A DNA stretch of 64,000 bases from the human T2T-CHM13v2.0 reference genome, Homo sapiens. The notes below the pieces were generated by a model that made no database searches, was not told where the DNA came from, and was given only the letters and a program-made list of their open reading frames with translations. A program made the translations under genes and the position numbers. This document shows positions 36,601 through 51,600 of the stretch, in pieces (the first letter of the stretch is position 1; each line of letters begins with the position of its first letter). Where the stretch lies: NCBI RefSeq assembly GCF_009914755.1, contig NC_060925.1; one strand, 5' to 3'.

Positions 36601-39600
36601 TTTCCTTTTCCACCGCAGGCCTGAAAGCGCTCCAAATGTCCACTTGGAGGCTCTACGAAAAGAATGTTTCAAAACTGCTCTATGAAAAGCAATGTTATAC
36701 TCTGGGAGTTGAACACAAGCCTCACAAAGGAGTTTCTGAGAATGCTTCTGTTTACTTTTTACGTGAGGATATTCCCGTTTCCAAAGAAGTCTTCACAGAG
36801 TTCCACCTATCCATTTGCAGATGCTAGCAAAAGAGAGTTTCAAAACTGCTCCATCAAAAGGAATGTTTAACTCTGTGAGTCGCATGCAATCATCACAGAG
36901 AAGTTTCTGAGAAGGCTTCTGTCTAGATTTTATGTGAAGATATGGCCGTTTCGAACGAAGGCCACAAAGTGCTCCAAATATCCACTTGCAGGTCCTCCAA
37001 AAAGAGTGTTTCAAACGTGAACTACCAAAGGAAGGCTCAACTCTGGACTTTGAATGCCAACGTCAGAAGGATGTTTCTGCGAAAACTTCTGTTTAGTTAG
37101 GTGACGTTATCCCGTCTCCAACGAAATCCTCAGAGAGGTCCAAATATCCACCTGCAGAGTCTACAAAAAGTGTGTTTCAAAACTGCTCCACCCAAAGGAA
37201 TGTTCAGCTCTGTGAGTTGAACTCAATCATCCCAAAGTATTTTCTGAGAATTCTTCTGTCCAGTTTTTACATGAAGCTGTTTCCTTTACAACCGTAGGCC
37301 TCAAAGCGTTCCAAACCTCCACTTACAGATACTACGAAAAGAGCGTTTCAACCTGAACTCACAAGGGAAGGTTCAACTCTGTCAGTTGAATGCCAACATC
37401 ACCAAGAAGTTCTGAGAATGTTCCTCTTCAGTTATGTGAGGTTTATCCCGTTTCCAACGAAATTCTCAGAGAAGTCCCAAAATCCACTGGCATATTCCAC
37501 AAAAGGTGTGTTTGGAAATTGCGCCATCAAAAGATATGCTCAGCTCTGTGAGTTAAACTCAATCATCGCAAAGAATTTTCTGAGAATGCTTCCGTCTTGT
37601 TTTTAGATGAAGTTCTTTCCTTCACTACGATAGGCCTCAAGGAGGTCCAAATCTCCACTTGCAGATTCTGCAGAAGGAGTGTTTCAAACCTGAACTGTCA
37701 GAGAAAGGTTCAACACTGTGAGTTGAATGCAAGCATCACGAAGAAGGTTCTGAGAATGCTTCTGTTTACATAGGTGACTTTTCTCCCGTATCCAACGAAA
37801 TCCTCAGAGCGGTCCAAATCTCCACTTGAAGATTCTACACAAAGTGTGTTTGGAAACTGCTCCACCCAAAGGAATGTTCAGCTCTGTGAGTTGAACTCAA
37901 TGGTCACAAAGCGTTTCCTGGGAATGCTCCTGTCTCGCTTTTATGTGCAGTTATATCCTCTACTGCCATAGGCCTCAAAGCGGTCCAAATCTCCCCTTTC
38001 AGATTCTACCAAAAGTGTGTTTCCAAACGGCCCCATCAAAGGGGATGTTCAACTCGGTGACTTGAATGCAATCATCACAAAGCAGCTTCTGAGAATGCTT
38101 CCATGTAGCTTTGATGAGAAGATATTTCCTTTTCCACCCCAGGCCTCGAAGCCCTCCAAATGTCCCCTTGCAGATGCTAGAAAGAGGGGGTTTCAAAGCT
38201 GCTCTATCAAAAGGAAAGTACAACTCTGTGAGTTGAATGCAAACATCACAAGGAAGTTCCTGAGCATGCTTCCGTTTAGCTTTTACGGGAAGATTATCCC
38301 TTTTCCATCGAAATGTTCAAAGAGGTCCACATATCCGCTTGCAGATTCCACCGAAAGAGTGTTTCCAAACTGCTGCATCCAAAGGAATCCTCAGCTCCGT
38401 GAGTTGAATGCAATCATCACCAAGAAGTTTCTGACAATGCTTCTCTCTAGTTTTTATGTGAAGATATTTCCTTTTCCACCGCAGGCCTGAAAGCGCTCCA
38501 AATGTCCACTTGGAGGCTCTACGAAAAGAATGTTTCAAAACTGCTCTATGAAAAGCAATGTTATACTCTGGGAGTTGAACACAAGCCTCACAAAGGAGTT
38601 TCTGAGAATGCTTCTGTTTACTTTTTACGTGAGGATATTCCCGTTTCCAAAGAAGTCTTCACAGAGTTCCACCTATCCATTTGCAGATGCTAGCAAAAGA
38701 GAGTTTCAAAACTGCTCCATCAAAAGGAATGTTCAACTCTGTGAGTTGCATGCAATCATCACAGAGAAGTTTCTGAGAAGGCTTCTGTCTAGATTTTATG
38801 TGAAGATATGGCCGTTTCGAACGAAGGCCACAAAGCGCTCCCAATATCCACTTGCAGGTCCTCCAAAAAGAGTGTTTCAAAGGTGAACTACCAAAGGAAG
38901 GCTCAAATCTGGACTTTGAATGCCAACGTCAGAAGGATGTTTCTGCGAAAGCTTCTGTTTAGTTAGGTGACGTTATCCCGTTTCCAACGAAATCCTCGGA
39001 GAGGTCCAAATATCCACCTGCAGAGTCTACAAAAAGTGTGTTTCAAAACTGCTCCACCCAAAGGAATGTTCAGCTCTGTGAGTTCAACTCAATCATCCCA
39101 AAGTATTTTCTGAGAATGCTTCTGTCCAGTTTTTACATGAAGCTGTTTCCTTTACTACCGTAGGCCTCAAAGCGTTCCAAACCTCCACTTGCAGATACTA
39201 CGAAAAGAGCGTTTCAACCTGAACTCACAAGGGAGGGTTCAACTCTGTCAGTTGAATGTCAACATCACCAAGAACTTCTGAGAATGTTCCTCTTCAGTTA
39301 TGTGAGGTTTATCCCGTTTCCAACGAAATTCTCAGAGAAGTCCCAAAATCCACTTGCATATTCCACAAAAGGTGTGTTTGGAAATTGTGCCATCAAAAGA
39401 TATGCTCAGCTCTGTGAGTTAAACTCAATCATTGCAAAGAATTTTCTGAGAATGCTTCCGTCTTGTTTTTAGATGAAGTTCTTTCCTTTACTACGATAGG
39501 CCTCAAAGAGGTCCAAATCTCCACTTGCAGATTCTACAGAAGGAGTGTTTCAAACCTGAACTGTCAGAGAAAGGTTCAACACTGTGAGTTGAATGCAAGC

Positions 39601-42600
39601 ATCACGAAGAAGGTTCTGAGAATGCTTCTGTTTACGTATGTGACTTTTCTCCCGTATCCAACGAAACCCTCAGAGCGGTCCAAATCTCCACTTGCAGATT
39701 CTACACAAGGTGTGTTTGGAAACTGCTCCACCCAAAGGAATGTTCAGCTCTGTGAGTTGAACTCAATCGTCACAAAGCGTTTCCTGGGAATGCTCCTGTC
39801 TCGCTTTTATGTGCAGTTAAATCCTCTGCTGCCATAGGCCTCAAAGCGGTCCAAATCTCCCCTTTCAGATTCTACCAAAAGTGTGTTTCCAAACGGCCCC
39901 ATCAAAGGGGATGTTCAACTCGGTGACTTGAATGCAATCTTCACAAAGCAGCTTCTGAGAATGCTTCCATGTAGCTTTGATGAGAAGATATTTCCTTTTC
40001 CACCCCAGGCCTCGAAGCCCTCCAAATGTCCCCTTGCAGATGCTAGAAAGAGGGGGTTTCAAAGCTGCTCTATCAAAAGGAAAGTACAACTCTCTGAGTT
40101 GAATGCAAACATCACAAGGAAGTTCCTGAGCATGCTTCCGTTTAGCTTTTACGGGAAGATTATCCCTTTTCCATCGAAATGTTCAAAGAGGTCCACATAT
40201 CGGCTTGCAGATTCCACCGAAAGAGTGTTTCCAAACTGCTGCATCCAAAGGAATCCTCAGCTCCGTGAGTTGAATGCAATCATCACCAAGAAGTTTCTGA
40301 CAATGCCTCTGTCTAGTTTTTATGTGAAGATATTTCCTTTTCCACCGCAGGCCTGAAAGCGCTCCAAATGTCCACTTGGAGGCTCTACGAAAAGAATGTT
40401 TCAAAACTGCTCTATGAAAAGCAATGTTATACTCTGGGAGTTGAACACAAGCCTCACAAAGGAGTTTCTGAGAATGCTTCTGTTTACTTTTTACGTGAGG
40501 ATATTCCCGTTTCCAAAGAAGTCTTCACAGAGTTCCACCTATCCATTTGCAGATGCTAGCAAAAGAGAGTTTCAAAACTGCTCCATCAAAAGGAATGTTC
40601 AACTCTGTGAGTTGCATGCAATCATCACAGAGAAGTTTCTGAGAAGGCTTCTGTCTAGATTTTATGTGAAGATATGGCCGTTTCGAACGAAGGCCACAAA
40701 GCGCTCCCAATATCCACTTGCAGGTCCTCCAAAAAGAGTGTTTCAAACGTGAACTAACAAAGGAAGGCTCAACTCTGGACTTTGAATGCCAACGTCAGAA
40801 GGATGTTTCTGCGAAAGCTTCTGTTTAGTTAGGTGACGTTATCCCGTTTCCAACGAAATCCTCAGAGAGGTCCAAATATCCACCTGCAAAGTCTACAAAA
40901 AGTGTGTTTCAAAACTGCTCCACCCAAAGGAATGTTCAGCTCTGTGAGTTGAACTCAATCATCCCAAAGTATTTTCTGAGAATGCTTCTGTCCAGTTTTT
41001 ACATGAAGCTGTTTCCTTTACTACCGTAGGCCTCAAAGCGTTCCAAACCTCCACTTGCAGATACTACGAAAAGAGCGTTTCAACCTGAACTCACAAGGGA
41101 AGGTTCAAGTCTGCCAGTTGAATGCCAACATCACCAAGAACTTCTGAGAATGTTCCTCTTCAGTTACGTGAGGTTTATCCCGTTTCCAAAGAAATTCTCA
41201 GAGAAGTCCCAAAATCCACTTGCATATTCCACAAAAGGTGTGTTTTGAAAATGCGCCATCAAAAGATATGCTCAGCTCTGTGAGTTAAACTCAATCATCG
41301 CAAAGTATTTTCTGAGAATGCTTCCATCGTGTTTTTAGATGAAGTTCTTTCCTTTACTACGATAGGCCTCAAGGAGGTCCAAATGTCCACTTGCAGATTC
41401 TGCAGAAGGAGTGTTTCAAACCTGAACTGTCAGAGAAAGGTTCAACACTGTGAGTTGAATGCAAGCATCACGAATAAGGTTCTGAGAATGCTTCTGTTTA
41501 CGTAGGTGACTTTTCTCCCGTATCCAACGAAATCCTCAGAGCGGTCCAAATCTCCACTTGCAGATTCTACACAAGGTGTGTTTGGAAACTGCTTCACCCA
41601 AAGGAATGTTCAGCTCTGTGAGTTGAACTCAATCGTCACAGAGCGTTTCCTGGGAATGCTCCTGTCTCGATTTTATGTGCAGTTATATCCTCTACTGCCA
41701 TAGGCCTCAAAGCGGTCCAAATCTCCCCTTTCAGATTCTACCAAAAGTGTGTTTCCAAACGGCCCCATCAAAGGGGATGTTCAACTCGGTGACTTGAATG
41801 CAATCATCACAAAGCAGCTTCTGAGAATGCTTCCATGTAGGTTTGATGAGAAGATATTTCCTTTTCCACCCCAGGCCTCGAAGCCCTCCAAATGTCCCCT
41901 TGCAGATGTTAGAAAGAGGGGGTTTCAAAGCTGCTCTATCAAAAGGAAAGTACAACTCTGTGAGTTGAATGCAAACATCACAAGGAAGTTCCTGAGCATG
42001 CTTCCGTTTAGCTTTTACGGGAAGATTATCCCTTTTCCATCGAAATGTTCAAAGAGGTCCACATATCCGCTTGCAGATTCCACCGAAAGAGTGTTTCCAA
42101 ACTGCTGCATCCAAAGGAATCCTCAGCTCCGTGAGTTGAATGCAATCATCACCAAGAAGTTTCTGACAATGCTTCTCTCTAGTTTTTATGTGAAGATATT
42201 TCCTTTTCCACCGCAGGCCTGAAAGCGCTCCAAATGTCCACTTGGAGGCTCTACGAAAAGAATGTTTCAAAACTGCTCTATGAAAAGCAATGTTATACTC
42301 TGGGAGTTGAACACAAGCCTCACAAAGGAGTTTCTGAGAATGCTTCTGTTTACTTTTTACGTGAGGATATTCCCGTTTCCAAAGAAGTCTTCACAGAGTT
42401 CCACCTATCCATTTGCAGATGCTAGCAAAAGAGAGTTTCAAAACTGCTCCATCAAAAGGAATCTTCAACTCTGTGAGTTGCATGCAATCATCACAGAGAA
42501 GTTTCTGAGAAGGCTTCTGTCTAGATTTTATGTGAAGATATGGCCGTTTCGAACGAAGGCCACAAAGTGCTCCCAATATCCACTTGCAGGTCCTCCAAAA

Positions 42601-45600
42601 AGAGTGTTTCAAACGTAAACTACCAAAGGAAGGCTCAACTCTGGACTTTGAATGCCAACGTCAGAAGGATGTTTCTGCGAAAGCTTCTGTTTTGTTAGGT
42701 GACGTTATCCCGTTTCCAACGAAATCCTCAGAGAGGTCCAAATATCCACCTGCAGAGTCTACAAAAAGTGTGTTTCAAAACTGCTCCACCCAAAGGAATG
42801 TTCAGCTCTGTGAGTTGAACTCAATCATCCCAAAGTATTTTCTGAGAATGCTTCTGTCCAGTTTTTACATGAAGCTGTTTCCTTTACTACCGTAGGCCTC
42901 AAAGCGTTCCAAACCTCCACTTGCAGATACTACGAAAAGAGCGTTTCAACCTGAACTCACAAGGGAAGTTTCAACTCTGTCAGTTGAATGCCAACATCAC
43001 CAAGAACTTCTGAGAATGTTCCTCTTCAGTTACGTGAGGTTTATCCCGTTTCCAACGAAATTCTCAGAGAAGTCCCAAAATCCACTTGCATATTCCACAA
43101 AAGGTGTGTTTGGAAAATGCGCCATCAAAAGATATGCTCAGCTCTGTGAGTTAAACTCAATCATCGCAAAGAATTTTCTGAGAATGCTTCCGTCTTGTTT
43201 TCAGATGAAGTTCTTTCCTTTACTACGATAGGCCTCAAGGAGGTCCAAATCTCCACTTGCAGATTCTGCAGAAGGAGTGTTTCAAACCTGAACTGTCAGA
43301 GAAAAGTTCAACACTGTGAGTTGAATGCAAGCATCACGAAGAAGGTTCTGAGAATGCTTCTGTTTACGTAGGTGACTTTTCTCCCTATCCAACGAAATCC
43401 TCAGAGCGGTCCAAATCTCCACTTGCAGATTCTACACAAAGTGTGTTTGGAAACTGCTCCACCCAAAGGAATGTTCAGCTCTGTGAGTTGAACTCAATCG
43501 TCACAAAGCGTTTCCTGGGAATGCTCCTGTCTCGCTTTTATGTGCAGTTATATCCTCTACTGCCATAGGACTCAAAGCGGTCCAAATCTCCCCTTCCAGA
43601 TTCTACCAAAAGTGTGTTTCCAAACGGCCCCATCAAAGGGGATGTTCAACCCGGTGACTTGAATGCAATCATCACAAAGCAGCTTCTGAGAATGCTTCCA
43701 TGTAGCTTTGATGAGAAGATATTTCCTTTTCCACCCCAGGCCTCGAAGCCCTCCAAATGTCCCCTTGCAGATGCTAGAAAGAGGGGGTTTCAAAGCTGCT
43801 CTATCAAAAGGAAAGTACAACTCTGTGAGTTGAATGCAAACATCACAAGGAAGTTCCTGAGCATGCTTCCGTTTAGCTTTTACGGGAAGATTATCCCTTT
43901 TCCATCAAAATGTTCAAAGAGGTCCACATATCCGCTTGCAGATTCCACCGAAAGAGTGTTTCCAAACTGCTGCATCAAAAGGAATCCTCAGCTCCGTGAG
44001 TTGAATGCAATCATCACCAAGAAGTTTCTGACAATGTTTCTCTCTAGTTTTTATGTGAAGATATTTCCTTTTCCACCGCAGGCCTGAAAGCGCTCCAAAT
44101 GTTCACTTGGAGGCTCTACGAAAAGAATGTTTCAAAACTGCCCTATGAAAAGCAATGTTATACTCTGGGAGTTGAACACAAGCCTCACAAAGGAGTTTCT
44201 GAGAATGCTTCTGTTTACTTTTTACGTGAGGATATTCCCGTTTCCAAAGAAGTCTTCACAGAGTTCCACTTATACATTTGCAGATGCTAGCAAAAGAGAG
44301 TTTCAAAACTGCTCCATCAAAAGGAATTTTCAACTCTGTGAGTTGCATGCAATCATCACAGAGAAGTTTCTGAGAAGGCTTCTGTCTAGATTTTATGTGA
44401 AGATATGGCCGTTTCGAACGAAGGCCACAAAGTGCTCCCAATATCCACTTGCAGGTCCTCCAAAAAGAGTGTTTCAAACGTGAACTACCAAAGGAAGGCT
44501 CAACTCTGGACTTTGAATGCCAACGTCGAAGGATGTTTCTGCGAAAGCTTCTGTTTAGTTAGGTGACGTTATCCCGTCTCCAACGAAATCCTCAGAGAGG
44601 TCCAAATATCCACCTGCAGAGTCTACAAAAAGTGTGTTTCAAAACTGCTCCACCCAAAGGAATGTTCAGCTCTGTGAGTTGAACTCAATCATCCCAAAGT
44701 ATTTTCTGAGAATGCTTCTGTCCAGTTTTTACATGAAGCTGTTTCCTTTACTACCGTAGGCCTCAAAGCGTTCCAAACCTCCACTTGCAGATACTACGAA
44801 AAGAGCGTTTCAACCTGAACTCACAAGGGAAGGTTCAACTCTGTCAGTTGAATGCCAACATCACCAAGAACTTCTGAGAATGTTCCTCTTCAGTTATGTG
44901 AGTTTTATCCCGTTTCCAACGAAATTCTCAGAGAAGTCCCAAAAACCACTTGCATATTCCACAAAAGGTGTGTTTTGAAAATGCGCCATCAAAAGATATG
45001 CTCAGCTCTGTGAGTTCAACTCAATCATCACAAAGAATTTTCTGAGAATGCTTCCGTCTTGTTTTTAGATGAAGTTCTTACCTTTACTACAATAGGCCTC
45101 AAAGAGGTCCAAATCTCCACTTGCAGATTCTGCAGAAGGAGTGTTTCAAACCTGAACTGTCAGAGAAAAGTTCAACACTGTGAGTTGAATGCAAGCATCA
45201 CGAAGAAGGTTCTGAGAATGCTTCTGTTTTCGTAGGTGACTTTTCTCCCTATCCAACGAAATCCTCAGAGCGGTCCAAATCTCCACTTGCAGATTCTACA
45301 CAAAGTGTGTTTGGAAACTGCTCCACCCAAAGGAATGTTCGGCTCTGTGAGTTGAACTCAATGGTCACAAAGCGTTTCCTGGGAATGCTCCTGTCTCGCT
45401 TTTCTGTGCAGTTATATCCTCTACTGCCATAGGCCTCAAAGCGGTCCAAATCTCCCCTTTCAGATTCTCCCAAAAGTGTGTTTCCAAACGGCCCCATCAA
45501 AGGGGATGTTCAACTCGGTGACTTGAATGCAATCATCACAAAGCAGCTTCTGAGAATGCTTCCATGTAGCTTTGATGAGAAGATATTTCCTTTTCCACCC

Positions 45601-48600
45601 CAGGCCTCGAAGCCCTCCAAATGTCCCCTTGCAGATGCTAGAAAGAGGGGGTTTCAAAGCTGCTCTATCAAAAGGAAAGTACAACTCTGTGAGTTGAATG
45701 CAAACATCACAAGGAAGTTCCTGAGCATGCTTCCGTTTAGCTTTTACGGGAAGATTATCCCTTTTCCATCGAAATGTTCAAAGAGGTCCACATATCCGCT
45801 TGCAGATTCCACCGAAAGAGTGTTTCCAAACTGCTGCATCAAAAGGAATCCTCAGCTCCGTGAGTTGAATGCAATCATCACCAAGAAGTTTCTGACAATG
45901 CTTCTCTCTAGTTTCTATGTGAAGATATTTCCTTTTCCACCGCAGGCCTGAAAGCGCTCCAAATGTCCACTTGGAGGCTCTATGAAAAGAATGTTTCAAA
46001 ACTGCTCTATGAAAAGCAATGTTATACTCGGGGAGTTGAACACAAGCCTCACAAAGGAGTTTCTGAGAATGCTTCTGTTTACTTTTTACGTGAGGATATT
46101 CCCGTTTCCAAAGAAGTCTTCACAGAGTTCCACCTATCCATATGCAGATGCTAGCAAAAGAGAGTTTCAAAACTGCTCCATCAAAAGGAATGTTTAACTC
46201 TGTGAGTTGCATGCAATCATCACAGAGAAGTTTCTGAGAATGCTTCTGTCTAGATTTTATGTGAAGATATGGCCGTTTCGAACGAAGGCCACAAAGTGCT
46301 CCAAATATCCACTTGCAGGTCCTCCAAAAAGAGTGTTTCAAACGTGAACTACCAAAGGAAGGCTCAACTCTGGACTTTGAATGCCAACGTCAGAAGGATG
46401 TTTCTGCGAAAGCTTCTGTTTAGTTAGGTGACGTTATCCCGTCTCCAACGAAATCCTCAGAGAGGTCCAAATATCCACCTGCAGAGTCTACAAAAAGTGT
46501 GTTTCAAAACTGCTCCACCCAAAGGAATGTTCAGCTCTGTGAGTTGAACTGAATCATCCCAAAGTATTTTCTGACAATGCTTCTGTCCACTTTTTACATG
46601 AAGCTGTTTCCTTTACTACCGCAGGCCTGAAAGCGTTCCAAACCTCCACTTGCAGATACTACGAAAAGAGCGTTTCAACCTGAACTCACAAGGGAAGGTT
46701 CAACTCTGTCAGTTGAATGCCAACATCACCAAGAACTTCTGAGAATGTTCCTCTTCAGTTACGTGAGGTTTATCCCGTTTCCAAAGAAATTCTCAGAGAA
46801 GTCCCAAAATCCACTTGCATATTCCACAAAAGGTGTGTCTGGAAAATGCGCCATCAAAAGATATGCTCAGCTCTGTGAGTTAAACTCAATCATCGCAAAG
46901 AATTTTCTGAGAATGCTTCCGTCTTGTTTTTAGATGAAGTTCTTTCCTTTACTATGATAGGCCTCAAGGAGGTCCAAATCTCCACTTGCAGATTCTGCAG
47001 AAGGAGTGTTTCAAACCTGAACTGTCAGAGAAAGGTTCAACACTGTGAGTTGAATGCAAGCATCACGAAGAAGGTTCTGAGAATGCTTCTGTTTACGTAG
47101 GTGACTTTTCTCCCGTATCCAACGAAATCCTCAGAGCGGTCCAAATCTCCACTTGCAGATTCTGCACAAAGTGTTTTTGGAAACTGCTCCACCCAAAGGA
47201 ATGTTCAGCTCTGTGAGTTGAACTCAATGGTCACAAAGCGTTTCCTGGGAATGCTCCTGTCTCGCTTTTATGTGCAGTTATAACCTCTACTGCCATAGGC
47301 CTCAAAGTGGTCCAAATCTCCCCTTCCAGATTCTACCAAAAGTGTGTTTCCAAACGGCCCCATCAAAGGGGATGTTCAACCCGGTGACTTGAATGCAATC
47401 ATCACAAAGCAGCTTCTGAGAATGCTTCCATGTAGCTTTGATGAGAAGATATTTCCTTTTCCACCCCAGGCCTCGAAGCCCTCCAAATGTCCCCTTGCAG
47501 ATGCTAGAAAGAGGGGGTTTCAAAGCTGCTCTATCAAAAGGAAAGTACAACTCTGTGAGTTGAATGCAAACATCACAAGGAAGTTCCTGAGCATGCTTCC
47601 GTTTAGCTTTTACGGGAAGATTATCCCTTTTCCATCGAAATGTTCAAAGAGGTCCACATATCCGCTTGCAGATTCCACCGAAAGAGTGTTTCCAAACTGC
47701 TGCATCCAAAGGAATCCTCAGCTCCGTGAGTTGAATGCAATCATCACCAAGAAGTTTCTGACAATGCTTCTCTCTAGTTTTTATGTGAAGATATTTCCTT
47801 TTCCACCGCAGGCCTGAAAGCGCTCCAAATGTCCACTTGGAGGCTCTACGAAAAGAATGTTTCAAAACTGCTCTATGAAAAGCAATGTTATACTCTGGGA
47901 GTTGAACACAAGCCTCACAAAGGAGTTTCTGAGAATGCTTCTGTTTACTTTTTACGTGAGGATATTCCCGTTTCCAAAGAAGTCTTCACAGAGTTCCACC
48001 TATCCATTTGCAGATGCTAGCAAAAGAGAGTTTCAAAACTGCTCCATCAAAAGGAATGTTCAACTCTGTGAGTTGCATGCAATCATCACAGAGAAGTTTC
48101 TGAGAAGGCTTCTGTCTAGATTTTATGTGAAGATATGGCCGTTTCGAACGAAGGCCACAAAGCGCTCCCAATATCCACTTGCAGGTCCTCCAAAAAGAGT
48201 GTTTCAAAGGTGAACTACCAAAGGAAGGCTCAAATCTGGACTTTGAATGCCAACGTCAGAAGGATGTTTCTGCGAAAGCTTCTGTTTAGTTAGGTGACGT
48301 TATCCCGTTTCCAACGAAATCCTCGGAGAGGTCCAAATATCCACCTGCAGAGTCTACAAAAAGTGTGTTTCAAAACTGCTCCACCCAAAGGAATGTTCAG
48401 CTCTGTGAGTTGAACTCAATCATCCCAAAGTATTTTCTGAGAATGCTTCTGTCCAGTTTTTACATGAAGCTGTTTCCTTTACTACCGTAGGCCTCAAAGC
48501 GTTCCAAACCTCCACTTGCAGATACTACGAAAAGAGCGTTTCAACCTGAACTCACAAGGGAAGGTTCAACTCTGTCAGTTGAATGCCAACATCACCAAGA

Positions 48601-51600
48601 ACTTCTGAGAATGTTCCTCTTCAGTTACGTGAGGTTTATCCCGTTTCCAACGAAATTCTCAGAGAAGTCCCAAAATCCACTTGCATATTCCACAAAAGGT
48701 GTGTTTGGAAAATGCGCCATCAAAAGATATGCTCAGCTCTGTGAGTTAAACTCAATCATTGCAAAGAATTTTCTGAGAATGCTTCCGTCTTGTTTTTAGA
48801 TGAAGTTCTTTCCTTTACTACGATAGGCCTCAAGGAGGTCCAAATCTCCACTTGCAGATTCTGCAGAAGGTGTGTTTCAAACCTGAACTGTCAGAGAAAG
48901 GTTCAACACTGTGAGTTGAATGCAAGCATCACGAAGAAGGTTCTGAGAATGCTTCTGTTTACGTAGGTGACTTTTCTCCCGTATCCAACGAAATCCTCAG
49001 AGCGGTCCAAATCTCCACTTGCAGATTCTACACAAAGTGTGTTTGGAAACTGCTCCACCCAAAGGAATGTTCAGCTCTGTGAGTTGAACTCAATGGTCAC
49101 AAAGCGTTTCCTGGGAATGCTCCTGTCTCGCTTTTATGTGCAGTTATATCCTTTACTGCCATAGGTCTCAAAGCGGTCCAAATCTCCCCTTTCAGATTCT
49201 ACCAAAAGTGTGTTTCCAAACGGCCCCATCAAAGGGGATGTTCAACTCGGTGACTTGAATGCAATCATCACAAAGCAGCTTCTGAGAATGCTTCCATGTA
49301 GCTTTGATGAGAAGATATTTCCTTTTCCACCCCCGGCCTCGAAGCCCTCCAAATGTCCCCTTGCAGATGCTAGAAAGAGGGGGTTTCAAAGCTGCTCTAT
49401 CAGAAGGAAAGTACAACTCTGTGAGTTGAATGCAAACATCACAAGGAAGTTCCTGAGCATGCTTCCGTTTAGCTTTTACGGGAAGATTATCCCTTTTCCA
49501 TCGAAATGTTCAAAGAGGTCCACATATCCGCTTGCAGATTCCACCGAAAGAGTGTTTCCAAACTGCTGCATCCAAAGGAATCCTCAGCTCCGTGAGTTGA
49601 ATGCAATCATCACCAAGAAGTTTCTGACAATGCTTCTCTCTAGTTTTTATGTGAAGATATTTCCTTTTCCACCGCAGACCTGAAAGCGCTCCAAATGTCC
49701 ACTTGGAGGCTCTACGAAAAGAATGTTTCAAAACTGCTCTATGAAAAGCAATGTTATACTCTGGGAGTTGAACACAAGCCTCACAAAGGAGTTTCTGAGA
49801 ATGCTTCTGTTTACTTTTTACGTGAGGATATTCCCGTTTCCAAAGAAGTCTTCACAGAGTTCCACCTATCCATTTGCAGATGCTAGCAAAAGAGAGTTTC
49901 AAAACTGCTCCATCAAAAGGAATGTTCAACTCTGTGAGTTGCATGCAATCATCACAGAGAAGTTTCTGAGAAGGCTTCTGTCTAGATTTTATGTAAAGAT
50001 ATAGCCGTTTCGAACGAAGGCCACAAAGTGCTCCAAATATCCACTTGCAGGTCCTCCAAAAAGAGTGTTTCAAACGTGAACTACCAAAGGAAGGCTCAAC
50101 TCTGGACTTTGAAGGCCAACGTCAGAAGGATGTTTCTGCAAAAGCTTCTGTTTAGTTAGGTGACGTTATCCCGTTTCCAACGAAATCCTCAGAGAGGTCC
50201 AAATATCCAACTGCAGAGTCTACAAAAAGTGTGTTTCAAAACTGCTCCACCCAAAGGAATGTTCAGCTCTGTGAGTTGAACTCAATCATCCCAAAGTATT
50301 TTCTGAGAATGCTTCTGTCCAGTTTTTACATGAAGCTGTTTCCTTTACTACCGTAGGCCTCAAAGCGTTCCAAACCTCCACTTGCAGATACTACGAAAAG
50401 AGCGTTTCAACCTGAACTCACAAGGGAAGGTTCAACTCTGTCAGTTGAATGCCAACATCACCAAGAAGTTCTGAGAATGTTCCTCTTCAGTTACGTGAGG
50501 TTTATCCCGTTTCCAACGAAATTCTCAGAGAAGTCCCAAAATCCACTTGCATATTCCACAAAAGGTGTGTTTGGAAAATGCGCCATCAAAAGATATGCTC
50601 AGCTCTGTGAGTTAAACTCAATCATTGCAAAGAATTTTCTGAGAATGCTTCCGTCTTGTTTTTAGATGAAGTTCTTTCCTTTACTACGATAGGCCTCAAG
50701 GAGGTCCAAATCTCCACTTGCAGATTCTGCAGAAGGAGTGTTTCAAACCTGAACTGTCAGAGAAAGGTTCAACACTGTGAGTTGAATGCAAGCATCACGA
50801 AGAAGGTTCTGAGAATGCTTCTGTTTACGTAGGTGACTTTTCTCCCGTATCCAACGAAATCCTCAGAGCGGTCCAAATCTCCACTTGCAGATTCTACACA
50901 AAGTGTGTTTGGAAACTGCTCCACCCAAAGGAATGTTCAGCTCTGTGAGTTGAACTCAATGGTCACAAAGCGTTTCCTGGGAATGCTCCTGTCTCGCTTT
51001 TATGTGCAGTTATATCCTCTACTGCCATAGGTCTCAAAGCGGTCCAAATCTCCCCTTTCAGATTCTACCAAAAGTGTGTTTCCAAACGGCCCCATCAAAG
51101 GGGATGTTCAACTCGGTGACTTGAATGCAATCATCACAAAGCAGCTTCTGAGAATGCTTCCATGTAGCTCTGATGAGAAGATATTTCCTTTTCCACCCCA
51201 GACCTCGAAGCCCCCCAAATGTCCCCTTGCAGATGCTAGAAAGAGGGGGTTTCAAAGCTGCTCTATCAAAAGGAAAGTACAACTCTGTGAGTTGAATGCA
51301 AACATCACAAGGAAGTTCCTGAGCATGCTTCTGTTTAGCTTTTACGGGAGGATTATCCCTTTTCCATCGAAATGTTCAAAGAGGTCCACATATCCGCTTG
51401 CAGATTCCACCGAAAGAGTGTTTCCAAACTGCTGCATCCAAAGGAATCCTCAGCTCCGTGAGTTGAATGCAATCATCACCAAGAAGTTTCTGACAATGCT
51501 TCTCTCTAGTTTTTATGTGAAGATATTTCCTTTTCCACCGCAGGCCTGAAAGCGCTCCAAATGTCCACTTGGAGGCTCTACGAAAAGAATGTTTCAAAAC

